From: Phoronis australis
Taxonomy: Eukaryota; Animalia; Phoronida
Direction: 5' to 3'
DNA: 64,000 nt
NCBI GenBank assembly: GCA_002633005.1
Contig: NMRA01000094.1
Location: 866,159-930,158, forward strand
Part shown: positions 26,071 through 39,600 of the stretch, in pieces
How the letters are laid out: the number at the start of each line of letters is the position of its first letter
Position numbering within the stretch: position 1 is the first letter of the stretch
The notes under the pieces: generated by a model
Told to the model about the DNA's origin: nothing
What the model saw: the letters and a program-made list of their open reading frames with translations, nothing else
Database searches by the model: none
Made by a program: the position numbers and the translations under genes

Positions 26071-26195
26071 TAGTTATCATATTACTTAGTCTACTCCAGC
26101 CTGATCATAGATACTCGTTATCTGTAGTCTTAAAGTAGGCCCTAAGTAAGGCGGTGGGTCATTTCGCAATGTCAATGGCTAACATGTAACATGGT

Positions 26196-26278
26196 TAGAC
26201 AATGACCATCGTCTCTATCCAGAGTTGCAGAGTAGAGCCTCTACTGGCTGCGCCAGCAGAGGCGATGGTCATTGCCTA
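26196..26278. mobile_element. 83-bp hairpin MITE (Academ-like termini)
   Basis: TAGACAATGACCATCGTCTCT / AGAGGCGATGGTCATTGCCTA TIRs, 3-bp TSD GGT. Confidence 0.75.
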
Positions 26279-28691
26279 GGTTAGGATATGACATCAGATT
26301 TTGATGCCATCAGAATGAAATTTTCTTAGCTGTTCACGGAGCACCCGATATTCCTCGTGCTTAAACAGTCAATGATTAGTCAGCTGATGATTACATCAGC
26401 TGTCACATTACAACTGACTCACTTTGGTGGCCCGAGGCACTGACTGGTAGGCTAACTTTCTATCCACATGATGGTGACCTATGGAGTCATTGTTATAACA
26501 TAGGCCTACAGTGACATAATCACAGGCGTCCTGAGCTTCTGATCCTCCCCAATACATATATATTGGGGATGATCAGAAGGTGAGGATGCCTGTGGACATA
26601 ATACTCTTTGGAGAGAGTGTGGTCACTTAAACCAAGAAGAGGAATGTCTAGACATTGCAAGATCCACTCCAGACCAGGCAGCATTATCAAAAATGCTGTC
26701 TGTCCATCTTTGTGTGTTGCAGCAAACATTTCACCCTTACTGTTTTGCCTTAGACCCAGATGTCCCACTTTTCAATCCCGTTGTTCTGTTTTTTTGTTCT
26801 TGAATGTTGACTGTGACAACTATCCAATGGGTGTTCAAAATAACATTGTCTCTTTTTATGAATACTGAACATTATTTTCCACCACTTTCACTAGTAACTT
26901 AACAATCGTAAAAATGTGCTCCAATCTCTCTTATTTATGGTAACATACACTACATGTATCAGAATCACTAACTTTTACTTTCTGAAGAAAAGAGTTTATG
27001 GATAGTCGTACACTGCATTCAGTGCTGAGGCAGTTATCCGCAGTACATTTCAAAGCTGCGTGATAGATGTTTGACCATTTTTATCTGTCAGAAAACCTTT
27101 ATCTGCAAATATTGGATAGATATTTGGAGTAGTTTATCGCATTTTTCATGAATGTCACTGCATTTTGAATTTTTACTGAAGAATGTAATTGTATGAAACG
27201 GCACCAAAGGTCCAATTTATTATAATATATAAATATGTATTGGATGAATGCCTGACTAAATTATCCACATCAGTGTCAGAGATTCATTTTCTAAAACCTT
27301 TGTCTTTATAGGGTAGAAATCTTTTGAATCATTGAAATTATTTCTGTAATGGCTTAACTGGTCATTTATATAACCTCTCTGGTTCATTTCTTTTTTATGT
27401 TACTATTACACACCGTTATTTTTCACATTTTGGTAACATTGTTGGTTTTTAGATTTAAAAAATATTTTTAAGCCAGTGTGGTATGGAAAATGATAATTAC
27501 TTGTCAGTTAAATTATTTATCTTTCGCTTGTGGTATAATCATCAAAAACTGACTAAGGCCCGGCTTTCTGATATCGCTTTTATGTAACTTGGTTGAAAAG
27601 TGTCGGAGTTGCGAAAAGTTTTAATAACAGTAAATTCAATAGCAAGTACACAAACCAGAATAAAGGAATGCAAACAACTGTCAGGCATGCGCGTTGCAAC
27701 CTCAGTGGTCGCGAGATCAGACATGGCATTCCTGGGGTTGAGTTCTTACAAGTAAAAAAATCAACTCAACCAAAACTCACTTGTATAGCAGTCACCTGCA
27801 AAGGTCAAAGGTTGCCATTCAGGGAAGCCCTAGCATTTTGGTCAACAATGACAAAGCTCTCCTTAATAGCCAGTCTGAATCTATTTACATCACTGTAAAC
27901 AATTGTAGGATTAGCGTAATCTTTTACATGGCCTGTTACCATAGGATGTTCAATTGTGAATACAGAATTTTAACATCAATTGTGCTGGGCTTTCTACTGT
28001 TAAATAAGAATCATTGATGACATTTCATCATTGTGTTAATGCCCAGCAGTAATATAGTAGGAAGATGTTATTAGTTTTTTGACATAGTTATTATGACTTT
28101 AGGCTGTTTATATAGTATACCACATCTTAACAAATCAAAGGCATTACAGTTGACAAGGTAGGTGTTGTGTTTGATGATGACACACTGTGATGGTCTTGCA
28201 TTATTTGTCATGGCTCAGTGACTCGTGCAGTTCAGGCATGCACAGGTATTAAAAGGATACGTGGTAAGTTGATGGATGAAAGTGGCCCAGTTAGAACAGC
28301 TATAAATCTCTACTAATACCATACTTCATTTAGTGAAAACTGGAGATTACAAATTCACCTTTTTGCTAAGTTTGATTATCACACTTAGTGGAAGAATTGT
28401 GTACCCTCAACTGACCATCTTGGGATGGTTGACCTCGATAAAGAAATGTGGTCAAATGGGTATGCCATTACTTGGTCGCTTTAAGTAGTTATTACTCAAG
28501 AGTTTGTCAATTGTATGTATACTCTTATTCAGTAATTAGTGAATCATTGCCCAAATGCTCAATGCTCTGGTGTAGATCAGTGGATAGTAAAGTGGTTGAC
28601 TTTAACTTAATTATTGAATGATAGTCACACATTGGGTAGTTGTATCAATATAAAGGGTTGTAGTTCTCTCTTCTTCAATTAGTTTTTGGGC

Positions 28692-29054
28692 TTAAAGTTA
28701 ATCAAGACCAACGTGACAGGTGTGTATTGTGCCAAATATTAGCGAAATAACCGTATCAATAACATGAACAAGTTTCATTGGATATGAATGTTCAGGTTGA
28801 AATCTCAGAAATCTGTAACAGTTTTCTAAATAATCATTTCGTTTTTGTTTTATGCAACTTTTAAAGTCCTATTTTTGATATCCCCTGGTGCAAAAGTGAA
28901 ACTTTCAATACTAATTCCTTTCAATGTTTTGTAGAACAGTGCTTGAAGCATAGTGTCTGAAGGTTTCATATGGATCAGATCAGCCATTTGTGAGATATGA
29001 CATTTCAAAGTTTGCCAAATTTGGTCATTTTTTCTGGGTCTTACATAACCTTAA
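28692..29054. mobile_element. Degenerate TTAA-flanked MITE; related fragment at ~30000-30340
   Basis: ttaaagttaatcaagacc / ggtcttacataaccttaa ends; interior similar to 30150-30330. Confidence 0.4.
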
Positions 29055-29255
29055 TTTTGATTGTTTTGATTATTTTATTGTAAAAACAAAATTTTATATT
29101 GAAAAATACGAATTGTTTTTGAAAGTCGAGGACAGTTGTGGACAGAAAGAAATATCAATGTCATTAAGTGTGGACAGTAGATATTAAGTAGAATATAAGC
29201 ACAAGTTTAGGTATGTTCGATATGCTTGGTATGGTAAATCAACTGTAAACTTTAA

Positions 29256-29762
29256 AGTGCCTTTCATACTATCGTCGACGCGTCGATGGTTTGGGGAGTT
29301 GTGGTCTGTAGGAACGCTTAACTCCGATCCTGGATCGCAGTTAACAGCTCCACTTAACATCGCAGTTAACAGGTGGATTTAAGACCGCAGCGTCGACGCT
29401 GCGGTGCAGTATGAACGCTTAACTCCGGTCCAATCGAAGTTATCGCCAAGTGCCACTGTTATTGTCAATAGTTACAAGGTAGTGCCGTCACTATTAGCTG
29501 CTTATATTTTGCTCTGATAATAACCAATCGATTTAAAAATAAGTTTAATGTCACTTAGCACATGTAAATATTTCCAAATTAAAACATTGAAAAAAATCTT
29601 AGTGTGCAACGCTACCTTGCGATAACTTCGATGACGACAGCGGCACCAACCGCTTACTTCGATGTTCATTAACTACCGAAGCCAGTATGAACGGTCCAGT
29701 TAACTGCGCTATTTACGTCGACGCTCCGTTCAGACTGGAGTTAAGTCAATATGAAAGGGCCT
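29256..29762. mobile_element. PIF/Harbinger-like MITE
   Basis: TIRs AGTGCCTTTCATA / TATGAAAGGGCCT, TSD TAA, CpG-rich internal repeats (cgtcgacgc, ttaactcc). Confidence 0.75.
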
Positions 29763-31524
29763 TAAAGACTATTTAATGGTAAGACATTACTGACATGCCT
29801 GTGTATTGTGCAAAATGTCTACTCAACTGTAGATTTCAAATTTAGTTCATGAAAGTATACCGGTATATTTTCTGAAAGTGGAAAACCTGAAAAATTTTGA
29901 TTTTTGTCTTTAGACCAATCTATTGTTGAGTGGGTCATGTGACCATGTTTTTTTAGTGAAATTTGCAAACAAGAATGGTACGTTTATAGCAAAATGAGGG
30001 TGTCAATAACACAGTCAAATTTTGTTTAATGTACATGTGCAAGATGATGTTATGTTCGTGGTTTTCTCTAAAATTGAAGATCTCAAAAACGCTGTTACAG
30101 TTTTCTAATATATTTTGTATCACTTTATACGTTAATGCGTTTTATTAAAATCATAAAGTCCCACCTTTAATAGCCCTTCATACAAAAGTGGAACATTATA
30201 AATATAAAGTCCTAATAAGAAGAGAATAGTACATCAAGCACAGTACCTGAAAGTTTCATACAAGTCTGGTATCCATGTCTAAGATATAATGTTCCCAAGT
30301 TAGCCAAAGTAGGACACTTTTCTTGGATCCTCCAAACCTTCAACAAGTTTACTCATCTTTTGCTCAATAACTGTAGTCTGTGTTACTTGCTCGTTTACTA
30401 TAGTCTGAGTTACTTGCTCAATTTAATGAATGCTTGACAAGTGCATTCTCATTTTTGAAAAAGACCGGTTTCTGTGAAAGAATTGAATGATACCATACAA
30501 GGCTAGCTTGGGGTTGATATCAGTGTTTGTGCAGGGTTCTACATTATCCTTAAAAGGCTGAAGTACACTGACATTACCATATATAGAAAAATGTTGTGTA
30601 GATAACTTCTGTAGTACAGGTGAATCACTGCTAAATATAGTTTTCAGTCATTCAATATTGACTCATGTCAGCCTGCCAGAGTGGCAAGGATAATTTAGTG
30701 AAGTTTATTTTGGGATGAATGGTCTCCTTATGAATACTTTGATAGATTTTCAGTTGTTTGTAATTGGCTTATGCTTCGGTTATGTGCCAAATATGGGTTT
30801 GCTTGAGAGGATTTCTATTGGTTTCCATGACAAATCATTAAGGGCCGTTTTCATGCCTTCTGATTTTCTACATTTGTAGCAGTTTTGAATGTGAATTTCC
30901 CTTTGACATGTGGGTTGATTTGCATAAAATTTTGTGTACTATAGCCAAATGACATGTTCATCAGATTTTTGATTGTCATCACTCAATGGAGATGTGAGCC
31001 ATGGAAAATGAAGGTTTATAGTCTGATATCTGTGATGTTTGAAGGTAACATAATATCTCCAGTCTTCTGCAAACAAAAGAATCGTAGGGGGCGTTGACAG
31101 TTGAAAACTTGCTATTGGCAATTTGTTGGAAACTAAATTCTCAATTTTGTAATATTCAAATATTCATGTTTTTAGTAAATTGAAACATAGCAAGCATTAC
31201 CTTTCTCAGATCCTTCCCTGCAAAAACTGCACACATGTGAAATGGCCACTCCAATTTTCAAAAGAAAAATGTTAATGCTGTTGGATTCTGTGTGTCAAAC
31301 GAATTTGAAAGCTCTTTAAAGTAAATGGCACAACTGTTGCCTTTCACCACCACCACAGAAATAGCGAAATATTTAAAACTGTCTCTCATTTTTTTTTCAA
31401 ATTCCGTTTTTGAACAGTCAATTGGTAACCCAAAACTTTACAAACAAATTTTCCTGGCCTCGGCGGAAATACGATATGTGAAAGTAATTGCAAAATGTTT
31501 GACAAAGTAACTTCATTTTTAAAT

Positions 31525-31851
31525 AAATATGTGGGCGCATTATGCCGTCATCTCTGTCCGTCCGGCCGTCCGTCCGTCCGTCCGTCCGGGCGGCGTCCGT
31601 CCGGCGTCCGGCGTCCGCTGCTCTATCTCCAAAACCCTTTGACATACATTCATGAAATTTGGCACATATGTTCCATTCATGAATGGGACGGCATGTGCGA
31701 ACTTTCGGATGGATCCGACTACCGGTGTGCCCCCTAGTGGCAATTTTAGTTTTTTACGCTTACCTTTGTATCTTCAAAAGTCCTGAACGGATTTTCATGA
31801 AATTTGATATGTAGGCACCTAGTAGTGAGATGACGCTATCCTGCCGTTTTC
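31525..31851 (+). mobile_element. HINE-like element 5' part (cut by gap)
   Basis: Near-identical to 60590-60893; (GTCC)n microsatellite after the 5' hairpin. Confidence 0.8.
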
Positions 31852-33532
31852 NNNNNNNNNNNNNNNNNNNNNNNNNNNNNNNNNNNNNNNNNNNNNNNNN
31901 NNNNNNNNNNNNNNNNNNNNNNNNNNNNNNNNNNNNNNNNNNNNNNNNNNNNNNNNNNNNNNNNNNNNNNNNNNNNNNNNNNNNNNNNNNNNNNNNNNNN
32001 NNNNNNNNNNNNNNNNNNNNNNNNNNNNNNNNNNNNNNNNNNNNNNNNNNNNNNNNNNNNNNNNNNNNNNNNNNNNNNNNNNNNNNNNNNNNNNNNNNNN
32101 NNNNNNNNNNNNNNNNNNNNNNNNNNNNNNNNNNNNNNNNNNNNNNNNNNNNNNNNNNNNNNNNNNNNNNNNNNNNNNNNNNNNNNNNNNNNNNNNNNNN
32201 NNNNNNNNNNNNNNNNNNNNNNNNNNNNNNNNNNNNNNNNNNNNNNNNNNNNNNNNNNNNNNNNNNNNNNNNNNNNNNNNNNNNNNNNNNNNNNNNNNNN
32301 NNNNNNNNNNNNNNNNNNNNNNNNNNNNNNNNNNNNNNNNNNNNNNNNNNNNNNNNNNNNNNNNNNNNNNNNNNNNNNNNNNNNNNNNNNNNNNNNNNNN
32401 NNNNNNNNNNNNNNNNNNNNNNNNNNNNNNNNNNNNNNNNNNNNNNNNNNNNNNNNNNNNNNNNNNNNNNNNNNNNNNNNNNNNNNNNNNNNNNNNNNNN
32501 NNNNNNNNNNNNNNNNNNNNNNNNNNNNNNNNNNNNNNNNNNNNNNNNNNNNNNNNNNNNNNNNNNNNNNNNNNNNNNNNNNNNNNNNNNNNNNNNNNNN
32601 NNNNNNNNNNNNNNNNNNNNNNNNNNNNNNNNNNNNNNNNNNNNNNNNNNNNNNNNNNNNNNNNNNNNNNGTGAAAATAGAATACTTAAATGAGCACGCG
32701 CAATAATCGCACGTTCAACAAACCGCATTGTACTGTACTTATACGCTCCGAAAAATAAGACACATAATTTCCATAAAAATGATATCTTAATTCAGTGAAA
32801 TTTTTCTCTCATGTCCTCTTACTTGTAAATCACCGATCTCCAGTTTGAATGCAGGTATCGTGTCGTCAGGATCTTTGACTTGAGAATTATATTCAGTTAC
32901 CAGTGGTAACCTACTTTACCAGACTATAATTTCCCGGTCGAAGCTTAGCGTGTAAAAACGTGTTTTAAGCTATAATAGTTGCTTAACCTTAATTTAGAAA
33001 TTCACTTCATTTCTATTTTGTTTAAATTTCCAATTGGTTTTGAGTATAAGTATTATTTGACAAAAATAGCTCGGCTTTTCTTAAAAGGTCACGACCTCCG
33101 ACCCCGGGCCTCTGACATAGAAAGTAGTTACAAAGCTGAGGCGAGTCGAGAAAGGTAGATCGATTCATTGCAATGTTTCTCGGGCGATAATTCTCCAAAA
33201 TCCACTCGGGCTCTAGATAACGGGGGATAACGACTTCGCCATGTAATAATCTATATTTATTTTTATGCCACTTTCCAAAAGTACAAATATCTATTACCTT
33301 AAAAAAACATGGAATTGAATCAGTTAGAGTATGTATTATTATGCAAGGTTCAGGCTTAAACAGATTCTAACAAAAAAGTTTTTGAATAAAATTCTTTAAC
33401 TGAAGTAAGGAAAACTGACCTCGGACCTAAATTATTTTTATTTCAGTTTTTGCACAGCCTATGACAAAGTGCATTTGGGAATTCCCTCCGAGTCCAGTGG
33501 CAAGTGTTTGTGACATCTTGTAATACGTAACG

Positions 33533-33615
33533 ATGAGAACTGATAAGAAGCCTCTGGTGGTGAACGAGGGCGGAGGATATGAGGTCTCTGGCAGCAGCAA
33601 TAGCCAAGATAACAA
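33533..33615 (+). CDS. ABCB1: ABCB1-B coding exon 1 ([27 protein letters not shown])
   Basis: ATG 33533, donor GTAGGT, phase 2, homologous to A exon 1. Confidence 0.8.
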
Positions 33616-36600
33616 GTAGGTACAAAGAAGTGGAGTGATTTGTCATTGAGCTTGATGGAGGAGTAGGTTTTGCTGCAAGGTCGGTTGAAAATGTAAACAA
33701 AAGTTAGATGGTTATTGAAAGTGATATTAAACTTGCCTTTCATTACAAAAACAGTTTTTGATTTAAGCACTTACTGGTCTCAGTTTGTTGCTTAGTCCAA
33801 TGGAGTAATCGGCTTTGAAAGAACTAACAGTTTGCTGCATGGAGATGAGCTGCTATACTAGTTGTCATGTCACCACGTGTCATGTCACCACGTGTCATGT
33901 CACCACGTGTCATGTCACCACGTGTCATGTCACCTTGTGTCATGTCACCTCGTGTCATGTCACCACGTGTCATGTCACCATGTGTCATGTCACCTTGTGT
34001 AATGTCACCAAGCATGGTCTCAACGTATAACAAACTGCCAGTTCTTTACAAACCCACAAATTACGTACCATCTGAGTTGAGAAGTTTACACCAATTTTTC
34101 ACCTTGAAGTGATCTACGTATATCACTAAATGCTGTTTGGGCAGAGCATTATTTTACTGCCCTGTTACAGAGGTGAACTGGAGGTGTGACTCTGCATCAG
34201 ATTGACAGTTTACGAATAGTAGCCTAAAGTGAAATGTTATAGTGACAGTGTAAGAATACTGACGTGGATCATTGTTTTCTTGCGGGGAGAAGATCTTGTT
34301 AACAGAATTCTAAATTCATGTCAATTTTAATTTTGTGTTCCAGTAAAAAGGAAGAAGAAAAGGAGGAGGAAGGAACGTTTGCTGACTTAGTAAGAGCGGG
34401 TGTTTTATTTCCTGAATTATTTTTTGTTGATTTGTTATAAGTTCATGAAATAGTTCACAGCTCCTTGTTTACATTTATATCGTGACATGAAATTGACGTT
34501 TTCATTGTTATATCTTGACAGTTCCGTTATGCATCATGTTTTGATAACTTGCTCTATGTGGTGGGAGCATTGTTTGCCTGCGTACAAGGGGCTGGATGGC
34601 CTGTCATCAGTATTGTGTTTGGCAACATGACAAACTCATTCAGTAAGTTCACATTCAGTCTTACTTCATACATGGTCAAGATTGCTCCTAGGTAAAGTCT
34701 CTATCTGTAAATACTCAAGTTTTCCACTTTTTAGTGACATTTAAACTAGGTTTTACTTTGAATGATAAATGAGTTATTAGTCTTTATATGCCTTGATTTC
34801 TTTCTGGTAATTTTAAGTTTTGCTTTTGAAATTTACACTTTTTGTAAAAGATAACTGTGCATTGCTTGGTTTAGGAATTCTTATCACAAAGTGTTTGTAC
34901 AATGTGTAGAAGTCACAGATGTTTCAAAGTAACTTCTATAACATTGACTAATTTGAGGTTAAGCTCTTAGAAATGATAAGAAATGACATTTTCCTTTAAA
35001 TAAGCTGGTGATATATTGCAGCTGATTTGGCGAATGTCACTAATATTACCCAGTTGGAGGAGGTTTTTACTGAGGAAATGAACAAGTACACGTTTTATTA
35101 CCTTTACATGGCTGGAATTGTCTTTGTGGCATGCTATCTGCAGGTAATGTCTACAGTGAACCTGTCTTGTGTCAAAGAGACCTCATGATTAAGGCCACTT
35201 GTCATTATACAATGTACTGGTTGTCCTTAGATTAGAGGAGTATCCTGGGTTGTAGAAGAACTCATTGTGTTGTTGAATGATTATTCACCTCCATGTAACA
35301 TACTATGGGGACACATGAAAACATTGATTGCATGTTCGGCTATTTTTGACAATTTTCGAACTGACAAGTCTATTTTAAGACTTACAAAATGCAGAGTGCA
35401 ATATTTTCGAAATATGATTATTCCAAAATCACCCATGTCCCAAGCTGCAGAATGAAGTCTTGAATTTCTATGTCTCAAATTTTAGAGACTGTCCCAAACT
35501 GGAGAATTTTCGCTATTACAAACTGCCAGTACTTCCCGAACAGTACTTCTAAGACTGACAGTACTTCCTAAATAGTACTTCCCAAACTGACAGTACTTCC
35601 CAAACTGACAGTACAGCCCAAACTGACAGTACTTTCCAAACTGACAGTACTTTCCAAACTGACAGTACTTCCCAAACTGACATTACTTTCCAAACTGACA
35701 GTTCTTTCCAAAGTGACAGTACGTTCCAAACTAGCAGTACTTCTCACACTGACAGTACTTTCCAAACTGACAGTACTTCCCAAACAGTACTTTCCAAACT
35801 GACAGTACTTCCCCCAAATAGTACTTCCCAAATTGACAGTACTTTCTAAACTAACAGTTCTTTCCAAACTGACAGTACTTTCCAAACTGACAGTACTTCC
35901 CAAACTGACAGTACTTCCCTAACAGTACTTCCCAAACTAAAAAGTACTTTCCAAACTGACAGTTCTTTCCAAACTGACAGTACTTTCCAAACAGTACTTC
36001 CCAAACTGACAGTACTTCTCAAACAGTGCTTCCCAAAGAGACAGTACTTTCCAAACCGACAGTACTTTCCAGAAATCTCTCGTAGTGTGATTGAGGAGCA
36101 GGTTGGGGCAAGTTTTATGTGTGAGTGAGGAGCAGGTTGGGGCAAGTTTTATGTGTGAGTGAGGAGCAGGTTGGGGCAAGTTTTATTTTTGTTATGGAAG
36201 GTGACTAGCAACAACAGAAAGTCTTTTGGTGTGAACTTTTTACTACTGTAAAACTGCCTCCCGTTCAGTAATGCTAGGACCTCGCTAAAAAGCAAGACTT
36301 GGAGAGATTACGTGAGATATTGTCGTTTTTTAAAATGAGTGCATGCGACTTTGGCTAGACTTTTGTAGGTCCTAGCGTTACTGAATGTGTGCATGATTTC
36401 AACTTGTTCCTAACTAGTATTAGAAGTTATTTCTAGACTTTAGAAGTAGTGGCGATTAGTTACTATGTCTTCAGGCCATGTGTGGCAACTTTTTTATTAA
36501 TGTCCAGAAATCCTCTAACCCAAGTAAGGATCGGTGCCTTAAGTGATCTACGTTTAAAAGTTTAGCTTTTCACAAATGTTGGTTTTAAACTCTTTCACTG

Positions 36601-39600
36601 CCAAGAGCATTTTTCGTCAACTTATCCGTTCATTGCCAAACATTCAGTTTGCAAAATGGATACTTGTCCGTTCTTGACCTAGTTGATCCTAAATACCAGT
36701 TTTACCAAATCCGGAATGAAAGTCATTTTTTTTCAATTTGTGAGATAAGTAATGTACTGGAGCTGAGGGTATTTATTTCAACCAAAACCCTTGATTGACC
36801 ATTGATAGTTTTTTTCACATGAAATCTTAATACTCAATCTAGCATCAAAAATTTCCCTCAATGTATGATATCATAAGGTAATTATGACGTGTGACACCTG
36901 TACCTATTTGCTTCTGGATTGACTAGAAATGCCAAAAAAGCTAGCTAGCTTGAACTTTAAAAATGTCCGCTCTCTCATAACTTACAGATCATGTGTATGA
37001 CAACAGCTTGTGAGCGGCAAACACACAAACTTAGAAAGAAGTTCTTTGAGAGTATTCTAAGACAGGACATCGCGTGGTTTGACGAAAACTCTAGTGGGGA
37101 ATTGACCACTCGCTTGGCAAGGTAATATCAGAATTCCTTGACTTTGTACTCTTTCATCTTATTGCATTTTTTTTGTTTAACACTGTTGAGAGCGTTACAA
37201 CAGCCCTGTGCAGATACGTGCACATCAGTTTCATCAGTGAAAATTAAATGTAATTAGTTGATACATTTATTACAAGATGGCGAACTCCAGCAACTACCAC
37301 AGCGACATCTATAGTCTATGTTGTAGGCTACTTACATGCGTATTTACTGTGAATATGATGTTGGAATTTTGTTACCATTTATAAGAAAACTAGGACTGTG
37401 ATGCTAATTTTGCCTGAACTATTACTTCCTGAAAAATTTCAAGAAATGATCAACTCAGAGGTGCCCAACTGGCAACGAATCTACTGAAAGCCTTAAATTC
37501 AGCGTGAACTGGCAAATATTACCTTATTTGTACTTTCTAGTGATCTTGAGAGAGTACGTGAAGGAATTGGAGACAAGCTGAGTTTTTGCATTCAGAATTT
37601 GGCTACTTTTGTGGCAGGCTTTGCTGTTGGTTTCTGGAAGTCATGGCGGATGACCTTGGTCATGATGTCTTTAACCCCACTGTTGGCGATAGCAGGAGGG
37701 TTTGTATCTAAAGTAAGTTGATCAATCCAGGCTTGGCTATTCAACTATCCACAGGGGGTAATAAAACAGTAATCTCACCCATGTAGCTAAATTGGGACAG
37801 GTGACATATGACTAAGAGTAGGGCTCACAAAGAACTGTTTTCTCTTACCTTATAGGTCAATTTCAAAAGGCGACACTCATGATGTACAAGATGTGCAAGA
37901 TTCTAAGCCACTATGCAGACTAGTTACCCCCCTTCAAGCCTAAAATGGTGAAGTTGACGTTCTTGATTAAAATGGCTGAAACCCTCCAGGTGTGAATCAC
38001 TCAGACTGCCTTCAAAGGTGCTATCATTAGGGAGTTTTCCCATTCAGTGACTTTACCAGACATAGAACGTTTGTGAGCATGTCATAACGTCTAGCTTCTT
38101 TGTTAACTGCCGTGCACAGTCTCTTGTCTGGTATGACAACATGCAGCCCAATTATCCACCAGGCTTATTACCAACCACATGCGAACACAGTCAAACCCAG
38201 AGCGTTAGTGCATTTGGACAGAATAGATTGTCTTAACTTTGGCTGTAGTTGAGCGATTTGGAGATTCAAAAAATAAACATGATCAGCATTTGACGGGGAA
38301 TATAGAAATGTTATTGGTTTATGTTCAAACATTTTAAAACTTGCCGTTTATTTTTAACAGCTCAGCCCTGTCAGGCTAGATATGATCTTATCCGAGATAG
38401 AGCAATTATTGAACAAAATAGAGCTGACCTGATAAATGCCAGAATGGACTTAAAGTCCTTCTTGCAAACTGCCCGTGTGGTTCCAGTATCCGAAAATACT
38501 TACTACATAATTTCTTATTTTCGACACCCTTTCTTTATATTCTTTTCGCCTTTCTTGCCAAAAGCGATTTTTTAACAGTATTTGATCCTTCTCTCTGAGC
38601 ATATGATCACCGGTTGTCATCGCTTATTTCCATACCCACATTTCCGGCTCATCAGTTCAGGAACTTGTCCTGAACGCCGCCATTTTTTCCTTGTAACTGA
38701 ATGTGCTATGGCTTGCTCGAAAAGTCTTCATTATTTTGTTTTATTAGTAATATATCGTGATTCGTTTGCATATGTAGTGTATTTATAGTTTGTAGTTAGT
38801 GGCTGTTGATTTTTTTTGGAATGTTACGCGTACTTGGTATGTTAAAATAGCATTGGTGCTTAGTTCCTTACGTAGGCGGGTCGAACCTAGGAACCAATAA
38901 GGGTCGAACCAATTTTTTTTCGGTTTTATTTTTTTCCTCGTTTTGAAAAAGTACTTTGCTATCATCGGAAAGGTAAGTACATTCTACTCAGTAAAAATCG
39001 AAAAAGTATCAAAAACGGGGCAAGCACTGTAAAATTATTGCAAGTTTTGTGGCGAAATTTGGGTCACTTTGTTTGGATTGCGTCGGCCATATTGGAGAAC
39101 AGCGGGATGAGTTACGAGTTTAAAACTTTGTGTAAATTGTTTTCGCCAACAAATTACGGTGAAATTTAGTTAGACATATCTTTACTTACTATTCTGCATG
39201 ATTTAGCAGTGTTCACCAAATTTCAGCCTCGCAGTTGTTACTCATTAAGTGATAAATGTGCTCACAATTCCCGTTGGACTTCATCTCATTTCTGGTGGCA
39301 CCTACAATGTCGACTTTTGCTGAACTGAAAGGCATGTTTAATCGGCTACTTTGTAATTTGTGAAGATTTAACGTTGATACATTTTGACAAACCTTGCTAC
39401 AAAAAAGAGAGACTTTGTTCAATTTTCGTTTTTTTGTGTGTTTGTGGCCAGCGACTAGTTAGGCCTAAGGGTAGTCTTGGCGCAAAGCTGTATAGGCCTA
39501 CTAACAAGCTGTATTTTGACTCTTCACTGGTAGCTGGTGACTGAGGCTAACTAAGGTCTGCCGCGGCAGTGTGACACAGGACTAACCACCCCGTAATTTC

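Noticed and set aside
27800-27815. DR1-like AGGTCA-A-AGGTTG motif
   Set aside because: A single imperfect short motif is expected by chance in 64 kb, and there is no supporting context.
31760-32728. 322-aa and 287-aa ORFs
   Set aside because: Almost entirely N gap.
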